Source of the DNA: Alphaproteobacteria bacterium | Lineage (GTDB): Bacteria; Pseudomonadota; Alphaproteobacteria; Rickettsiales; JABIRX01 | Assembly: GCA_018667735.1 (NCBI GenBank) | Contig: JABIRX010000049.1 | Span: 1-56,783 of the forward strand | DNA: 56,783 nucleotides | Reading direction: 5' to 3' | Shown here: positions 1 to 9,591 of the stretch, piece after piece | How the letters are laid out: every line of letters starts with the position of its first letter | How positions within the stretch are numbered: the first letter of the stretch is position 1 | Program-made: the position numbers and the translations under genes | Notes under the pieces: model-generated | Databases searched by the model: none | Told to the model about the DNA's origin: nothing | What the model saw: the letters and a program-made list of their open reading frames with translations, nothing else

Positions 1-138
1 GGAGCCAATCTCCTGCCCCTTGCTCAGTAATTTGTAAATTTCTGCATTAGGCTTGAGATTTACGGCATGAAACAAGCTGCCTGTTAGAGTTTTAACTTTG
101 CTTGCTTTAAAACTCTTAAATAAATTCTTGCTTTTCAC
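1..138 (-). CDS. possible 5' end of an unidentified gene that runs off the window
   Basis: The reverse strand is open for 46 codons from a GTG at 138 to position 1 (VKSKNLFKSFKASKVKTLTGSLFHAVNLKPNAEIYKLLSKGQEIGS...). There is no ATG and I recognise no family. Confidence 0.2.
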   Translation of the reverse strand, partial: MKSKNLFKSFKASKVKTLTGSLFHAVNLKPNAEIYKLLSKGQEIGS

Positions 139-364
139 TATATAAGGTAAAATGTATTAATATAACAGATGTCTTCAGCAGATATTAATAATACATTGCT
201 GAATACTACACTTAAGTAAAAAAAGCAAGTAAAGATAGATTTTTTTTTCTTTTTATGTCTAATTTAATCTAAAAATAGTTATGTATAGCTTGTTATTAAA
301 TATAATATTGTATTTAAGCCTCGAAATTATATTACTAAAATGTTAAATAAATATCAGTGCTGCC

Positions 365-2299
365 ATGAAAAACAAAATTTTATATAGTCTAATATTCTAC
401 ATCATATGCATTAAAGCCCATGCTACAGATTATTTTAATCTGACTCTAGAAGAGCTAATGAATATAGAGATAGTTTCTGTATCAAAAAATGAAGAGAATG
501 CTTTTAGAAGTCCCGCAGCAACATATGTAATTACCCATGAAGATATAAAAAGGTCAGGTGCCACCTCTATTCCTGATGCATTAAGGCTTGCTCCAGGTAT
601 TCAGGTGTCGCAAATTGATACAGATGAATGGGCAATTGGTATCAGGGGATTTAATGATAGATTTTCAGATAAATTACTAGTTTTGGTAGATGGTAGATCT
701 GCTTATGTGTCGTTATTTTCGGGGGTATATTGGAATAGCTTAGATTATTTATTAAATGATATTGAGAGAATAGAGGTAATTAGAGGTTCAGGCGGAGCAA
801 TGTGGGGTGCGAATGCGGTAAATGGTATTATAAATATTATTACCAAAAGTGCAAAAAATACACAAGGTAATTATTTTGAGTTAGCAAATGGAAATCATAT
901 TAAAAATGATTCAGCAATACGCTATGGTGGTAAGCTTGATGATGATAAATATTATAGTTTTTTTCTTAAAAATCGAAATTATGCCGGATTATATGATGTA
1001 GATACAAAAGACCCTACCGACGATAATTGGAACATGCAAAGATTGGGGTTTAAATATGAGCAAGAACTTGAAAATAATCGAGATATTACGCTGCAAGCAG
1101 AAATTTATGAAGGAGAATCTAGACAAGAGTTTATATTCCCCGATCATGCAAAGATTTATAACTATAAATCTGAAATAAAAGGTGGAAATATAGTAGGTAA
1201 ATATACTAACCTTATAAGTAAAGTTTCTAAATTAGATGCTCAATTATATTTTGATTATGATGATAGAAATGATTTATATTTAAATTTAGATAATTCCACA
1301 ATAGATTTTAGCATTCAGCACAAATATGACTATAGTAAGAAAAATGAATTATTATATGGTGTAGGATATAGGGCGGTTAAGGATAATTTAAAAGATCAGA
1401 CCATAAATGGTGCAAAATATATAAGTTTTGATAGACCAAAACTATCTTATAATATTTACAGTGCTTTTTTTCAAAACAAAACTGAGTTAAAGCATGATAA
1501 GTTGTTTTTAACACTTGGCTCAAAATTTGAATATAATGATTTTACACATAAAAATATACAACCCACTATAAGGCTATCATTCTTACCTAACGCAAATCAT
1601 CATATTTGGTCTGCTATTTCTAGGTCGGTTAGAACCCCCACAAGATGGGAGGATGGTTACAGCAGAATATATAGTGCAACTGGCAAGACTATGAATGGTA
1701 ACCAACAATTTGATAATGAGTCCACTATCTCTTATGAAGTAGGTTACAAGGCTAAGCCATTCAAAAGGGTTTCTTATGATATAACTGCTTTTTACAATGA
1801 CTATGATAATTTAAGGGGGTTGATTTTAGATGATAGTTATAATTATAATTTAGATAATTCAGCTTATGGTGAGTCATATGGTTTTGAATTTTCGTCTAAT
1901 TATGAGCCAACCAAAAAATTAAGATTAACACTTAATTATTCATTTATCAAAATGGCTCTGCACTCTAGTTTAGCTAATGATTATAGTCATTTTGTAGAAA
2001 ATAGAGTGCCACAAAATTTACTCAATTTTAGATTTTATTATAATTTTACGAATGATTTAAGATGGGATAGTAATCTTTATTACTCTGATAATCTGTCAGA
2101 TAAGTTATTTGGTGTTGATGTTGATGCTTATATAAAATTAGATAGTAAAGTTTCATATTCTCTAACTGATGAAATAGAAGTTTCTCTGATGGGAAAGAAT
2201 TTATCAGATTCAAGACATAGAGAGTGGGGTTCTGCCTTATATTCTATGCAGCGAGAGATTGGCAGAACTATGTTGTTAAAATTAACTTATGATTTCTAA
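365..2299 (+). CDS. TonB-dependent outer-membrane receptor
   Basis: 644-aa ORF with a signal peptide (MKNKILYSLIFYIICIKAHA). Plug-domain motifs are present (ATYVITHEDIKRSGATSIPDALRLAPGIQV; IEVIRGSGGAMWGANAVNGIINIITK). A long beta-barrel region follows, and the C-terminus LLKLTYDF ends in Phe. Confidence 0.9.
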   Translation: MKNKILYSLIFYIICIKAHATDYFNLTLEELMNIEIVSVSKNEENAFRSPAATYVITHEDIKRSGATSIPDALRLAPGIQVSQIDTDEWAIGIRGFNDRFSDKLLVLVDGRSAYVSLFSGVYWNSLDYLLNDIERIEVIRGSGGAMWGANAVNGIINIITKSAKNTQGNYFELANGNHIKNDSAIRYGGKLDDDKYYSFFLKNRNYAGLYDVDTKDPTDDNWNMQRLGFKYEQELENNRDITLQAEIYEGESRQEFIFPDHAKIYNYKSEIKGGNIVGKYTNLISKVSKLDAQLYFDYDDRNDLYLNLDNSTIDFSIQHKYDYSKKNELLYGVGYRAVKDNLKDQTINGAKYISFDRPKLSYNIYSAFFQNKTELKHDKLFLTLGSKFEYNDFTHKNIQPTIRLSFLPNANHHIWSAISRSVRTPTRWEDGYSRIYSATGKTMNGNQQFDNESTISYEVGYKAKPFKRVSYDITAFYNDYDNLRGLILDDSYNYNLDNSAYGESYGFEFSSNYEPTKKLRLTLNYSFIKMALHSSLANDYSHFVENRVPQNLLNFRFYYNFTNDLRWDSNLYYSDNLSDKLFGVDVDAYIKLDSKVSYSLTDEIEVSLMGKNLSDSRHREWGSALYSMQREIGRTMLLKLTYDF

Positions 2300-2314
2300 A
2301 ATATGTGATTATTT

Positions 2315-2890
2315 ATGAATAAGCTTATTTATTTTAACATAGCTAAAAATTTTACATTTGCTTTATGCTTTGTGCTGTTATGCTCATTTTCATTGGAAGC
2401 AAGTGAAAAGGTAAGTGCTAAGCAAAGATCTGAGCTAGCAGAAATTAAGCTTAAATTTGCTTTTATTAACAAATTTATCGAATATATTGATAAAGGCTGG
2501 CAGGAAGCTTATAAAGATAATATCATTATTATTGATATTATAGGTGAGGTGGACAAAGAAAAGGCGGTACTATTAAAAAATTTTGAACGTAATAGAATTA
2601 AGAATTTACCAGTCAAAATAAGGGTTAACTCTGATATTGATGATCTTATAAATAGTGATATTATATATGTAACAAATGGTTCTAAACATAAAATTGAGCA
2701 AATACTCCAAAAATGTAAGAAGGCAGTATTATCGGTTGGAGACATAAAATATTTTATAGATCAGGGTGGTGTTATAGAATTCTATAATTACCGAGGTAGA
2801 GTAAGATTTGACATAGATGATAATAAAGCCAAGGAGAAAGGTATATTTTTTAATGCTAAATTATTGGAATTATCTGAAGTAGGACAATGA
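2315..2890 (+). CDS. YfiR-like (DUF4154) periplasmic protein
   Basis: 191 aa with a signal peptide. The pattern LKFAFINKFIEYI ... VLSVGD ... GGVIEF ... VRFDIDDNKAKEKGIFFNAKLLELS matches my recollection of the YfiR family. The stop overlaps the next gene in an ATGA. Confidence 0.6.
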   Translation: MNKLIYFNIAKNFTFALCFVLLCSFSLEASEKVSAKQRSELAEIKLKFAFINKFIEYIDKGWQEAYKDNIIIIDIIGEVDKEKAVLLKNFERNRIKNLPVKIRVNSDIDDLINSDIIYVTNGSKHKIEQILQKCKKAVLSVGDIKYFIDQGGVIEFYNYRGRVRFDIDDNKAKEKGIFFNAKLLELSEVGQ

Positions 2891-4422
2891 ATAAAATTTT
2901 AAGCTCAATATTAGGTTATAAAGAAAAATTCTCTCATTTTCCGGTTAAGAGTAAGTTGATGTTTATTATTTTATCTGTAACCATTATTTGTATTCTCATG
3001 ACGGTGGTTGCATTCTCCACTTCTGGTATTATTAACATAAAAAAACAAATGAGAGATGATTTGTCTATCACAGGAACTATAGTTAGTAATAGAATTAACG
3101 CTGCTTTAGTTTTTAGAAATAATTCAGTAGCATTAGAGACTTTAAACGCATTAAGTGCTAATCAAGCTATTCAGCTGGCGTGTGTTTATGATACGGAAGG
3201 TAATATTTTTGCTAAATATTATTCTGGAACTAGGTCAAATACCAAGTGTCCAGTAATTAAAAGCCCCAGAATATTTTTTACCAGTGATAAACTTCAATTA
3301 TATCGAGAAATTAATGACACTTTTGACCAGTCATTAATAGGTATTTTATATATAGAGTCGGATCTAAGTCGTGTGTCATCTTATATGTTTAAGCAAACTA
3401 TCATAGCTTTAATAATTATGTTAATAGCTCTAATTATTGGTTACATTCTAGCTAAAAAACTACAAAATATTATTTCTCAGCCAATTTCAATGTTAGTTAC
3501 TCAGCAAGGAGATGTTGAGCGGTATATTTCGCAAGGGTCTTTATATTATACCAGCCCAAACGAGCTTACTAAATTAGAATATTTGATGAACTCAATGTGT
3601 AAGCATATGAATTTTCTTGAGCATGAAGTAGTCAGAAGAAATAAAGAATTGAACGAGGTTATAAAAAACTCAGTTTCAACATTTAATTATTTAACTAATG
3701 AGATGAAGCAGCCATTAGAATCAACTTTAGCTTTTGGTGATATAATTAGCAGCAGAGCAATAGGTGATATTGATCCAGAATATGTTTCATATTACAATGA
3801 TGTGTATTTAAATGTATTTTATTATTATGGCATCATAAATGACACTATGGGTTTTTATAAGAATCACTTGCGCTCAGTCAGAGATGGTGTGAAAGAAGTA
3901 AGCCCTAACTTATTGTTTGGAGAAGCTATGAGTGAAATAAAGACGGAAAAATTAGATTTTCTTAATGACCTTAATTTAGATTATAATATATATGGTTGTG
4001 ATAGAGAGGAGATATTACTGGACAAGATAATAGTAAAAGAAATTATGCATAATCTAGTTTTTATTTTCTCTAAATATATAAAATTTCTAGGCAAATCAGA
4101 TTTAACTTTCAAGATTAACCTAACTATTAACAATGATATTGAACCAAAAGGTTTAAAAGTTGAAATAACCTGTGCTGATTTCTTGGGGCAGGATATAGCG
4201 GATATTTTAGAAAAACATAGAGAGTACCAAAATGATGTACATTTACTTAGGGCAAAATTGCAATATTTGAAATATTTAACAACTTATAATGGTGGATATT
4301 TAGATTATGGAGATGATTTAAGAAGAATGTCTCAAGTTGTGATGTATTTTCCACTAAACATAATTGATGTTAATAATGACCGCTCCATCTTTCAAGAGCT
4401 GGCAAAGAAAAAAATAGCCTAA
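2887..4422 (+). CDS. membrane sensor with a CHASE8-like periplasmic domain and a degenerate (probably inactive) histidine-kinase core
   Basis: 511 aa. Two TM segments flank a roughly 140-aa loop (NRINAALVFRNNSVALETLNALSANQAIQLACVYDTEGNIFAKYY). The H-box reads LTNEMKQPL instead of xSHELRTPL. The N-box Asn and the G1 DxGxG are not recognisable. The C-terminus (GGYLDYGDDLRRMSQVVMYFPL) still resembles the end of a HATPase domain. Confidence 0.6.
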   Translation: MNKILSSILGYKEKFSHFPVKSKLMFIILSVTIICILMTVVAFSTSGIINIKKQMRDDLSITGTIVSNRINAALVFRNNSVALETLNALSANQAIQLACVYDTEGNIFAKYYSGTRSNTKCPVIKSPRIFFTSDKLQLYREINDTFDQSLIGILYIESDLSRVSSYMFKQTIIALIIMLIALIIGYILAKKLQNIISQPISMLVTQQGDVERYISQGSLYYTSPNELTKLEYLMNSMCKHMNFLEHEVVRRNKELNEVIKNSVSTFNYLTNEMKQPLESTLAFGDIISSRAIGDIDPEYVSYYNDVYLNVFYYYGIINDTMGFYKNHLRSVRDGVKEVSPNLLFGEAMSEIKTEKLDFLNDLNLDYNIYGCDREEILLDKIIVKEIMHNLVFIFSKYIKFLGKSDLTFKINLTINNDIEPKGLKVEITCADFLGQDIADILEKHREYQNDVHLLRAKLQYLKYLTTYNGGYLDYGDDLRRMSQVVMYFPLNIIDVNNDRSIFQELAKKKIA

Positions 4423-4809
4423 TTAGAGCTGTGTCACAGCTAAAACAACCAGATAATATGCCATGCAGGACATTTTTCATATATAGAAAAATGTCTAAGC
4501 TTTACTTAGATCTTACAATATATCATAAAGTATAGATAGATAGCGCTTATAATTTAATAATTTTGTTAGGTTTTTCTTCTAAGAGTGTGCATAAAGAATG
4601 AAATTTGTTTTTAGATCTTTTTCAAGAATAGCCTATTAGAAGTTTAATTTATTATATGAGTTAGTCAAAATTACTCTATAAATGTTTAGATCAGAAATAG
4701 ACTAAGTTTTATTGAGCTAATCTTAGATTTATAGGAGATTTAATAATTAAGATGATAATTAAATTCATAACTAAAGGTGAGTTTTATTTTGGAGTTATAT
4801 ATTGTACTA

Positions 4810-5640
4810 TTAATTAAGGATTTTTACTTTCCTTAATGATTTTACAATAAAATCTTGTTTAAAATAACACGAGAAGCTAAGCAATATAAAACAATAACCA
4901 CTTAACTGAGCAAGGTTTGGATTTGCATTATAGCCGAATAATGTTTCTAAGAATAGTCCTATAACGCTATCATTGCTAATAATGTGAGAGCTATTCCACA
5001 CTACATTAGAAAGTTCGTTTAAATAACCAGCCGAAGTTAAATAGCCTAGTGCATGTGAGAACATACCGGCTACTAAAAAGGTAAGTAATATCGTAGTTAC
5101 TTTAAAAAAGTATCTCAGTGGAATTTTTACTAAACTAAAATACATTAATAAGCCAATTATTAGTCCTGCAATACAGCCAATTACTGAACCTATGATGATA
5201 TTATGTATAGCTTCTCCAGATGCAATCATGCCATAAGTAAATAAGATAATTTCAGCCCCCTCGCGTAATATAGTAAGGGCAATAATTAAGGATAATATAA
5301 AGTAGGTTTTTTCTCCCTTGCTAATTTCCTGACTAATATTATTAAAATTAATTTTTAATTCCTTTGCATGAGCTTGCATCCATAATAATGTCCAACCTAT
5401 AAAAAATGATGCTATAAATAATATAATTGCGCTAGTAATTTCTTGCCCTAAACCTCCTGCTAAATCAGTGATTTTGTCGGTTAGCATCGCAAAAATAATG
5501 GAGCCTATTATACCTGCTGCAAAACCTAGGGATATTGCTTTTTTCTTATTCTTCATATTATTAGTTGCGCCTATTACAATCCCAGTAATTAGCATTATTT
5601 CAAAGATTTCTCTAAAAACTATAAAAGCTGAAAAAAACAT
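4810..5640 (-). CDS. FTR1/EfeU-family high-affinity iron permease
   Basis: 276-aa polytopic membrane protein with two REXXE motifs (FREIFEIM near the N-terminus and LREGAEII mid-protein). Confidence 0.85.
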   Translation of the reverse strand: MFFSAFIVFREIFEIMLITGIVIGATNNMKNKKKAISLGFAAGIIGSIIFAMLTDKITDLAGGLGQEITSAIILFIASFFIGWTLLWMQAHAKELKINFNNISQEISKGEKTYFILSLIIALTILREGAEIILFTYGMIASGEAIHNIIIGSVIGCIAGLIIGLLMYFSLVKIPLRYFFKVTTILLTFLVAGMFSHALGYLTSAGYLNELSNVVWNSSHIISNDSVIGLFLETLFGYNANPNLAQLSGYCFILLSFSCYFKQDFIVKSLRKVKILN

Positions 5641-5649
5641 TTTACGTAC

Positions 5650-5970
5650 CTATTTTACTATTATCTTACCTTGCGCGGTTTTAGGGTTAAATTCACCAAA
5701 AAAACTATATTCGCCCTTTTTTAGAGGACCCAGAAAAACAACTACTTTTTTATTACCCATTATAAGCTTTTCTCGATTTAAATCATGGCTTTCAAACTCT
5801 TCAGGAGTATTATCTAGGTTGCTTATTGTAATTTTAGATTTCTCATCTGCTGTAATATTTAAAATATTTGGTTTAAACTCATGATTTTTTATTTCTATAA
5901 AATATTCATTAAGCGCAAAGCAATTTTTGCTTAAAACTAATATTAAGAGTGTGAATATGGTTTTTTTCAT
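5650..5970 (-). CDS. small periplasmic cupredoxin-fold protein partnered with the FTR1 permease
   Basis: 106 aa with a signal peptide (MKKTIFTLLILVLSKNCFA). The pattern IEIKNHEFKPNILNITADEKSKITISNLDNTPEEFES ... GEYSFFGEFNP is typical of cupredoxin-like partners of FTR1. It lies 9 nt upstream of the permease on the same strand. Confidence 0.6.
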   Translation of the reverse strand: MKKTIFTLLILVLSKNCFALNEYFIEIKNHEFKPNILNITADEKSKITISNLDNTPEEFESHDLNREKLIMGNKKVVVFLGPLKKGEYSFFGEFNPKTAQGKIIVK

Positions 5971-5990
5971 TTTATTACAATTATTTAATT

Positions 5991-6009
5991 GATATTAATT
6001 ATCATTATC
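5991..6009 (-). promoter_or_regulatory. Fur box (iron-responsive operator) in front of the cupredoxin-FTR1 pair
   Basis: The minus strand reads GATAATGATAATTAATATC, a 17/19 match to the classical GATAATGATAATCATTATC. It ends 20 nt upstream of the ATG at 5970. Confidence 0.6.
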
Positions 6010-6226
6010 AATTAGTTTTGTCAAACTGTTTGTCATTTAGGTCCCTGATATTTGTTGCGGTGTGGTTTAAAGAGTTTAGGATAAAAGCAAGATTATGCTT
6101 TGCCTCTTCTATAAAAGAAAGCACATCATCTAGGTTGTCCTGATTAGCATGAATATTTAATAAAAGCTTTAAGTCTCTATCTAATGTTTCCAGGTATTTT
6201 TCAATTAAGCTTAAGGTTTCTTGCAT
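6008..6226 (-). CDS. hypothetical small helical protein
   Basis: 72-aa ORF on the same strand as the iron genes. No family recognised. Its stop codon lies inside the Fur box. Confidence 0.35.
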   Translation of the reverse strand: MQETLSLIEKYLETLDRDLKLLLNIHANQDNLDDVLSFIEEAKHNLAFILNSLNHTATNIRDLNDKQFDKTN

Positions 6227-6498
6227 AGTAATTTTAAATAAAAGTTATAAGTAATATTCTATTCAGTTGCTTATGTCTTTTTAAAATTGATAAAACAAAG
6301 CTTTACTAAAAAAATACAACCTGGAAAAGAAAAATAAGCATAACATTCTAAAAGTCAAAAGAAAACTTACAGAAAACATAAAAAATACAGTTAAATAAAA
6401 TTTTAGCTATGTTTAAACTGTAAATAGGTTATAATTATGTCACAAAGATTATTATTATAATTTTTTGTAATTTATTAACTAACATTTTAGGAGGAATT

Positions 6499-6801
6499 AT
6501 GTTAACCGGACCTTATGTAAGAGCAGCGAGAGCAATATTAAAAATGAGTCAAGTAGAATTGGCCGAATTAGTGGGTGTAAGCTACGTAGTAATTAGAAAC
6601 GTAGAATCTACTGATGGTATATGTGATGGTAAAGGCCATGTGCTTTACAAAATAGAGAAGATATTTAAAGAAAATGGTATTAAATTTGATTTAACTTCAA
6701 ATGACCTAACTATTAAATGTAGTGTTAATCTTGAAGCTGGTTTTCTGGATGATGATTCTAGTTGTTCATCACAACCAGATTTAAAAGTGATTGGAAGTTA
6801 A
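6499..6801 (+). CDS. XRE-type helix-turn-helix protein
   Basis: 100 aa. The N-terminal segment VRAARAILKMSQVELAELVGVSYVVIRNVES fits the XRE HTH pattern. An RBS-like AGGAGG lies 5 nt upstream of the start. Confidence 0.6.
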   Translation: MLTGPYVRAARAILKMSQVELAELVGVSYVVIRNVESTDGICDGKGHVLYKIEKIFKENGIKFDLTSNDLTIKCSVNLEAGFLDDDSSCSSQPDLKVIGS

Positions 6802-6810
6802 GTTTAGGGC

Positions 6811-9537
6811 ATGAGTAATGCCATAAACTTAAATTCTAATGATGATTGGATAAAAAAAGCGGCTGAGTTATCACATGTTGGTTATTGGAAATACAACATT
6901 TTAACTCAGCAGGTTTTCTGGTCAGACCGTGTTTACAAAATTCACGGTGTAGAAAAAGCAAAATATACGCCTGACTTTGACAGTGCAGTAAATTTTTATC
7001 ATCCTGAGGACAGATCTGAAGTTATTTCCGTGCTAAAAGAATGCCTCAAAACAAGAGTAGTCTGTTCTGCAAAAGTAAGAATAGTTACGCCAGATGGTCT
7101 AATAAAATTTATAGAAGTTCATTCAAATGTCGCTATCAATGATAATACGAAAGAGATTACAGAATTATACGGCACATTTTACGACTTGACAGATTATGTC
7201 AAACAAAATGATAAGTTAAAAGAAATTAATCGGCGTTATGAGTTAGCCACAAAAAACAATAATAATTTAGTTTGGGATTGGTGTATTAAAAACAAGCTCT
7301 TATATCTGTCGGCTGATTTTGGTGAAAAATTTACTTTTAATGAAAAGCTAACTCTACCCCTTTTACTAAAATATATTCATAAGCAGGATGTAAAGTTTTT
7401 TAAAGAGCAAATATTACAATTAACTGGTTTATTAGAAAATTTAAACTTTGAGATTCGTATATTAAATAAGCAGAAAGAATATATATGGGTTGATATTAAA
7501 ATAAATATAGAAAAATCTAGTGATAATAAATTAAAATATTTATCTGGAACTATAGAAGATATTACTGAAAGTAAACGCATAAATAGTCTACTTTTAAGAA
7601 ATGAACAATATATTAAGGCCTATATAGATAATTCTTTGATAGGTAGAGCTATCGTATCTATAAATGGAGACTGGCATAGAGTAAATGAAGCATTGTGTGA
7701 TTTACTAGGCTATAAAGAAAGTGAATTACTTAAATTAACTTTTCAAGATATTACCCACCCAGATGACCTAGGCAATTCAGCTGATTTAAAAAATAAGTTA
7801 ATTAGAGAAGAGAAAAAGGCTATTCAAATAGAAAAGCGTTATGTTAAAAAGAATGGCAATATTATATATACTCTTTTGAATGTATCTCTAGTAAGGGATG
7901 AGTATAATAAACCTTTGTATTTTTTATCACAAATACAAGATATCACTCATATCATTGCTGATAAAAAAGAAATTATAAAAAATGAAAGAAGATTGGAGCT
8001 TGCTTTAAGCTCAGCAGATACAGGTATTTGGGATATAGACTTGGTTAGTAATAGTTTGTATATAAGTAACAAATGGAAGGATATATTAGGGTATCAAGCT
8101 AACTATATAGAGCTAACTAAAAGGGTATGGCGCAAGATTGTACATCATGAGGATTTGTATAGATTATATAGCCATATAAACAAACATATTAAGAATAAGA
8201 AAAGCAATATCTCTTTAGAGGTTAGGTTACGAGATAAAGCAGGAAATTTTAAATGGGTGTTAATAACAGGGCAAATAGCAGAACGAAGTGCTTCTGGAAG
8301 AGTAAAAAGAGTTGTAGGAAGTTTGTGGGATTTAAATTCTAAAACTAGAACTTACCGAATATTAGAGAAAATATGTGCAATTAGTGCTAATTCAAAATTA
8401 ACATTAAAAGAGAAATTCTCTGATTTAATAAAAGAAATTTCAACTTATTTAGAATTAAATAGTGGTTTTATTTTTAAAGAAAAGAAAAAACATAAGATCA
8501 TTAAATATAGATATCATAGTGGCAAAGTCAAATTGTCAGATTACAAAAAATATGCTATATGCTTAAATGAAAATAATTATCAAAATGGTATTGCAATAGA
8601 TTTTAGAATCTATGAAAACAATGAAAATAAAGTCATTTTTAACAATGTTATAGCCGCAAAGATAGAAATTAATAATCGCTCTTATGGCTCCATAATATTC
8701 TTTGGTCACAATAATAGAGTTAAATTTTCTGATGAGGAAATAGCAATAGTAAAGCTATTTTCAGAATGGATTTCGGCGCAAATATCTAGTCATAATTATT
8801 TGGATGCATTAGTGCAGTCAGAAATAAAATTAGAATCCTCAGTGGAAAAATTGACTGAGTCAAATAAAGAGCTAGGAAGGTTCGCTTATGTTGCATCACA
8901 TGATTTACAAGAGCCACTTAGAACAGTTTTAAGTTTAACCGAAATCCTAAAAAACAAATATACCAATCAATTAGATGATAAGGCAAATAAATATTTGGAT
9001 TTTATGGTGGATGCAGCTACTAACATGAAGAATCTAATCTCCGATTTGTTAGAATATTCTAAAATTGATAATAGAGCAAACTTAATATCTGAACAGGTGG
9101 ATCTTAATAATGTTTTGCAACATGTATTAAATAATCTTAAGGAAAGTGCGAGGCTAAATGATGCAGAAATTATTTTTGATCAACTACCTGTTATTAGGGG
9201 TAACTTTCCAGCCACATTAAGTTTAATGCAAAATTTGCTTAGTAATGCGTTAAAATATTCACAAAATAGAGATAAACCTATAATTAAAATTAACTCAATT
9301 GAACAAGAACATGATTATAAAATCTCTGTTGCGGATAATGGTATAGGTGTTGAAGCTGAATATTTTAAGCAAATTTTTGAACCATTTAAGCGTTTAGAAG
9401 CTAAAGAAGAATATGCTGGCACTGGTATTGGTCTTGCAATTTGCAAGAAAATTATACAACAATTATCTGGTGAAATATGGATCGAATCTGAACTGGGTGT
9501 AGGAAGTGTTTTTTATTTTACAATACCTAAAACCTGA
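6811..9537 (+). CDS. multi-PAS/GAF sensor histidine kinase (cytoplasmic)
   Basis: 908 aa. Repeated PAS-like units are visible (WKYNILTQQVFWSDRVYKIHG; WDIDLVSNSLYISNKWKDILGY) along with a GAF-like segment. The core is intact: H-box FAYVASHDLQEPLRTV, N-box LLSNALKYS, G1 DNGIGV, G2 GTGIGLAICKKI. Confidence 0.85.
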   Translation: MSNAINLNSNDDWIKKAAELSHVGYWKYNILTQQVFWSDRVYKIHGVEKAKYTPDFDSAVNFYHPEDRSEVISVLKECLKTRVVCSAKVRIVTPDGLIKFIEVHSNVAINDNTKEITELYGTFYDLTDYVKQNDKLKEINRRYELATKNNNNLVWDWCIKNKLLYLSADFGEKFTFNEKLTLPLLLKYIHKQDVKFFKEQILQLTGLLENLNFEIRILNKQKEYIWVDIKINIEKSSDNKLKYLSGTIEDITESKRINSLLLRNEQYIKAYIDNSLIGRAIVSINGDWHRVNEALCDLLGYKESELLKLTFQDITHPDDLGNSADLKNKLIREEKKAIQIEKRYVKKNGNIIYTLLNVSLVRDEYNKPLYFLSQIQDITHIIADKKEIIKNERRLELALSSADTGIWDIDLVSNSLYISNKWKDILGYQANYIELTKRVWRKIVHHEDLYRLYSHINKHIKNKKSNISLEVRLRDKAGNFKWVLITGQIAERSASGRVKRVVGSLWDLNSKTRTYRILEKICAISANSKLTLKEKFSDLIKEISTYLELNSGFIFKEKKKHKIIKYRYHSGKVKLSDYKKYAICLNENNYQNGIAIDFRIYENNENKVIFNNVIAAKIEINNRSYGSIIFFGHNNRVKFSDEEIAIVKLFSEWISAQISSHNYLDALVQSEIKLESSVEKLTESNKELGRFAYVASHDLQEPLRTVLSLTEILKNKYTNQLDDKANKYLDFMVDAATNMKNLISDLLEYSKIDNRANLISEQVDLNNVLQHVLNNLKESARLNDAEIIFDQLPVIRGNFPATLSLMQNLLSNALKYSQNRDKPIIKINSIEQEHDYKISVADNGIGVEAEYFKQIFEPFKRLEAKEEYAGTGIGLAICKKIIQQLSGEIWIESELGVGSVFYFTIPKT

Positions 9538-9591
9538 TGCATTATGCAATTCTAATTTTAATGTAAAAGGGCTTATAGAACTAAATAGATT

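Noticed and set aside
181-199. Fur-box-like sequence GATATTAATAATACATTGC upstream of the TonB-dependent receptor.
   Set aside because: It matches only 12/19 positions of the consensus, which is expected by chance in DNA this AT-rich.
2509-2745. 78-aa ORF antisense to the YfiR-like gene. The same applies to other short ORFs nested antisense in or out of frame with long genes: 7377-7580, 9573-9842, 17529-17834, 18420-18674, 20202-20465, 25921-26163, 27615-27833, 27876-28109, 28380-28619, 29190-29387, 39796-40038, 40390-40611, 46668-46862, 47401-47595, 51101-51298 and 56156-56347.
   Set aside because: Each lies entirely inside a longer ORF with clear family motifs. Their translations are low-complexity (Ile/Phe/Leu/Ser-rich), typical of frames opposite AT-rich coding DNA. 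No RBS or promoter is evident.
5468-5884. 138-aa plus-strand ORF spanning the FTR1 and cupredoxin genes.
   Set aside because: It is antisense to two genes with strong motif support (REXXE motifs, signal peptide), and its translation has no recognisable features.
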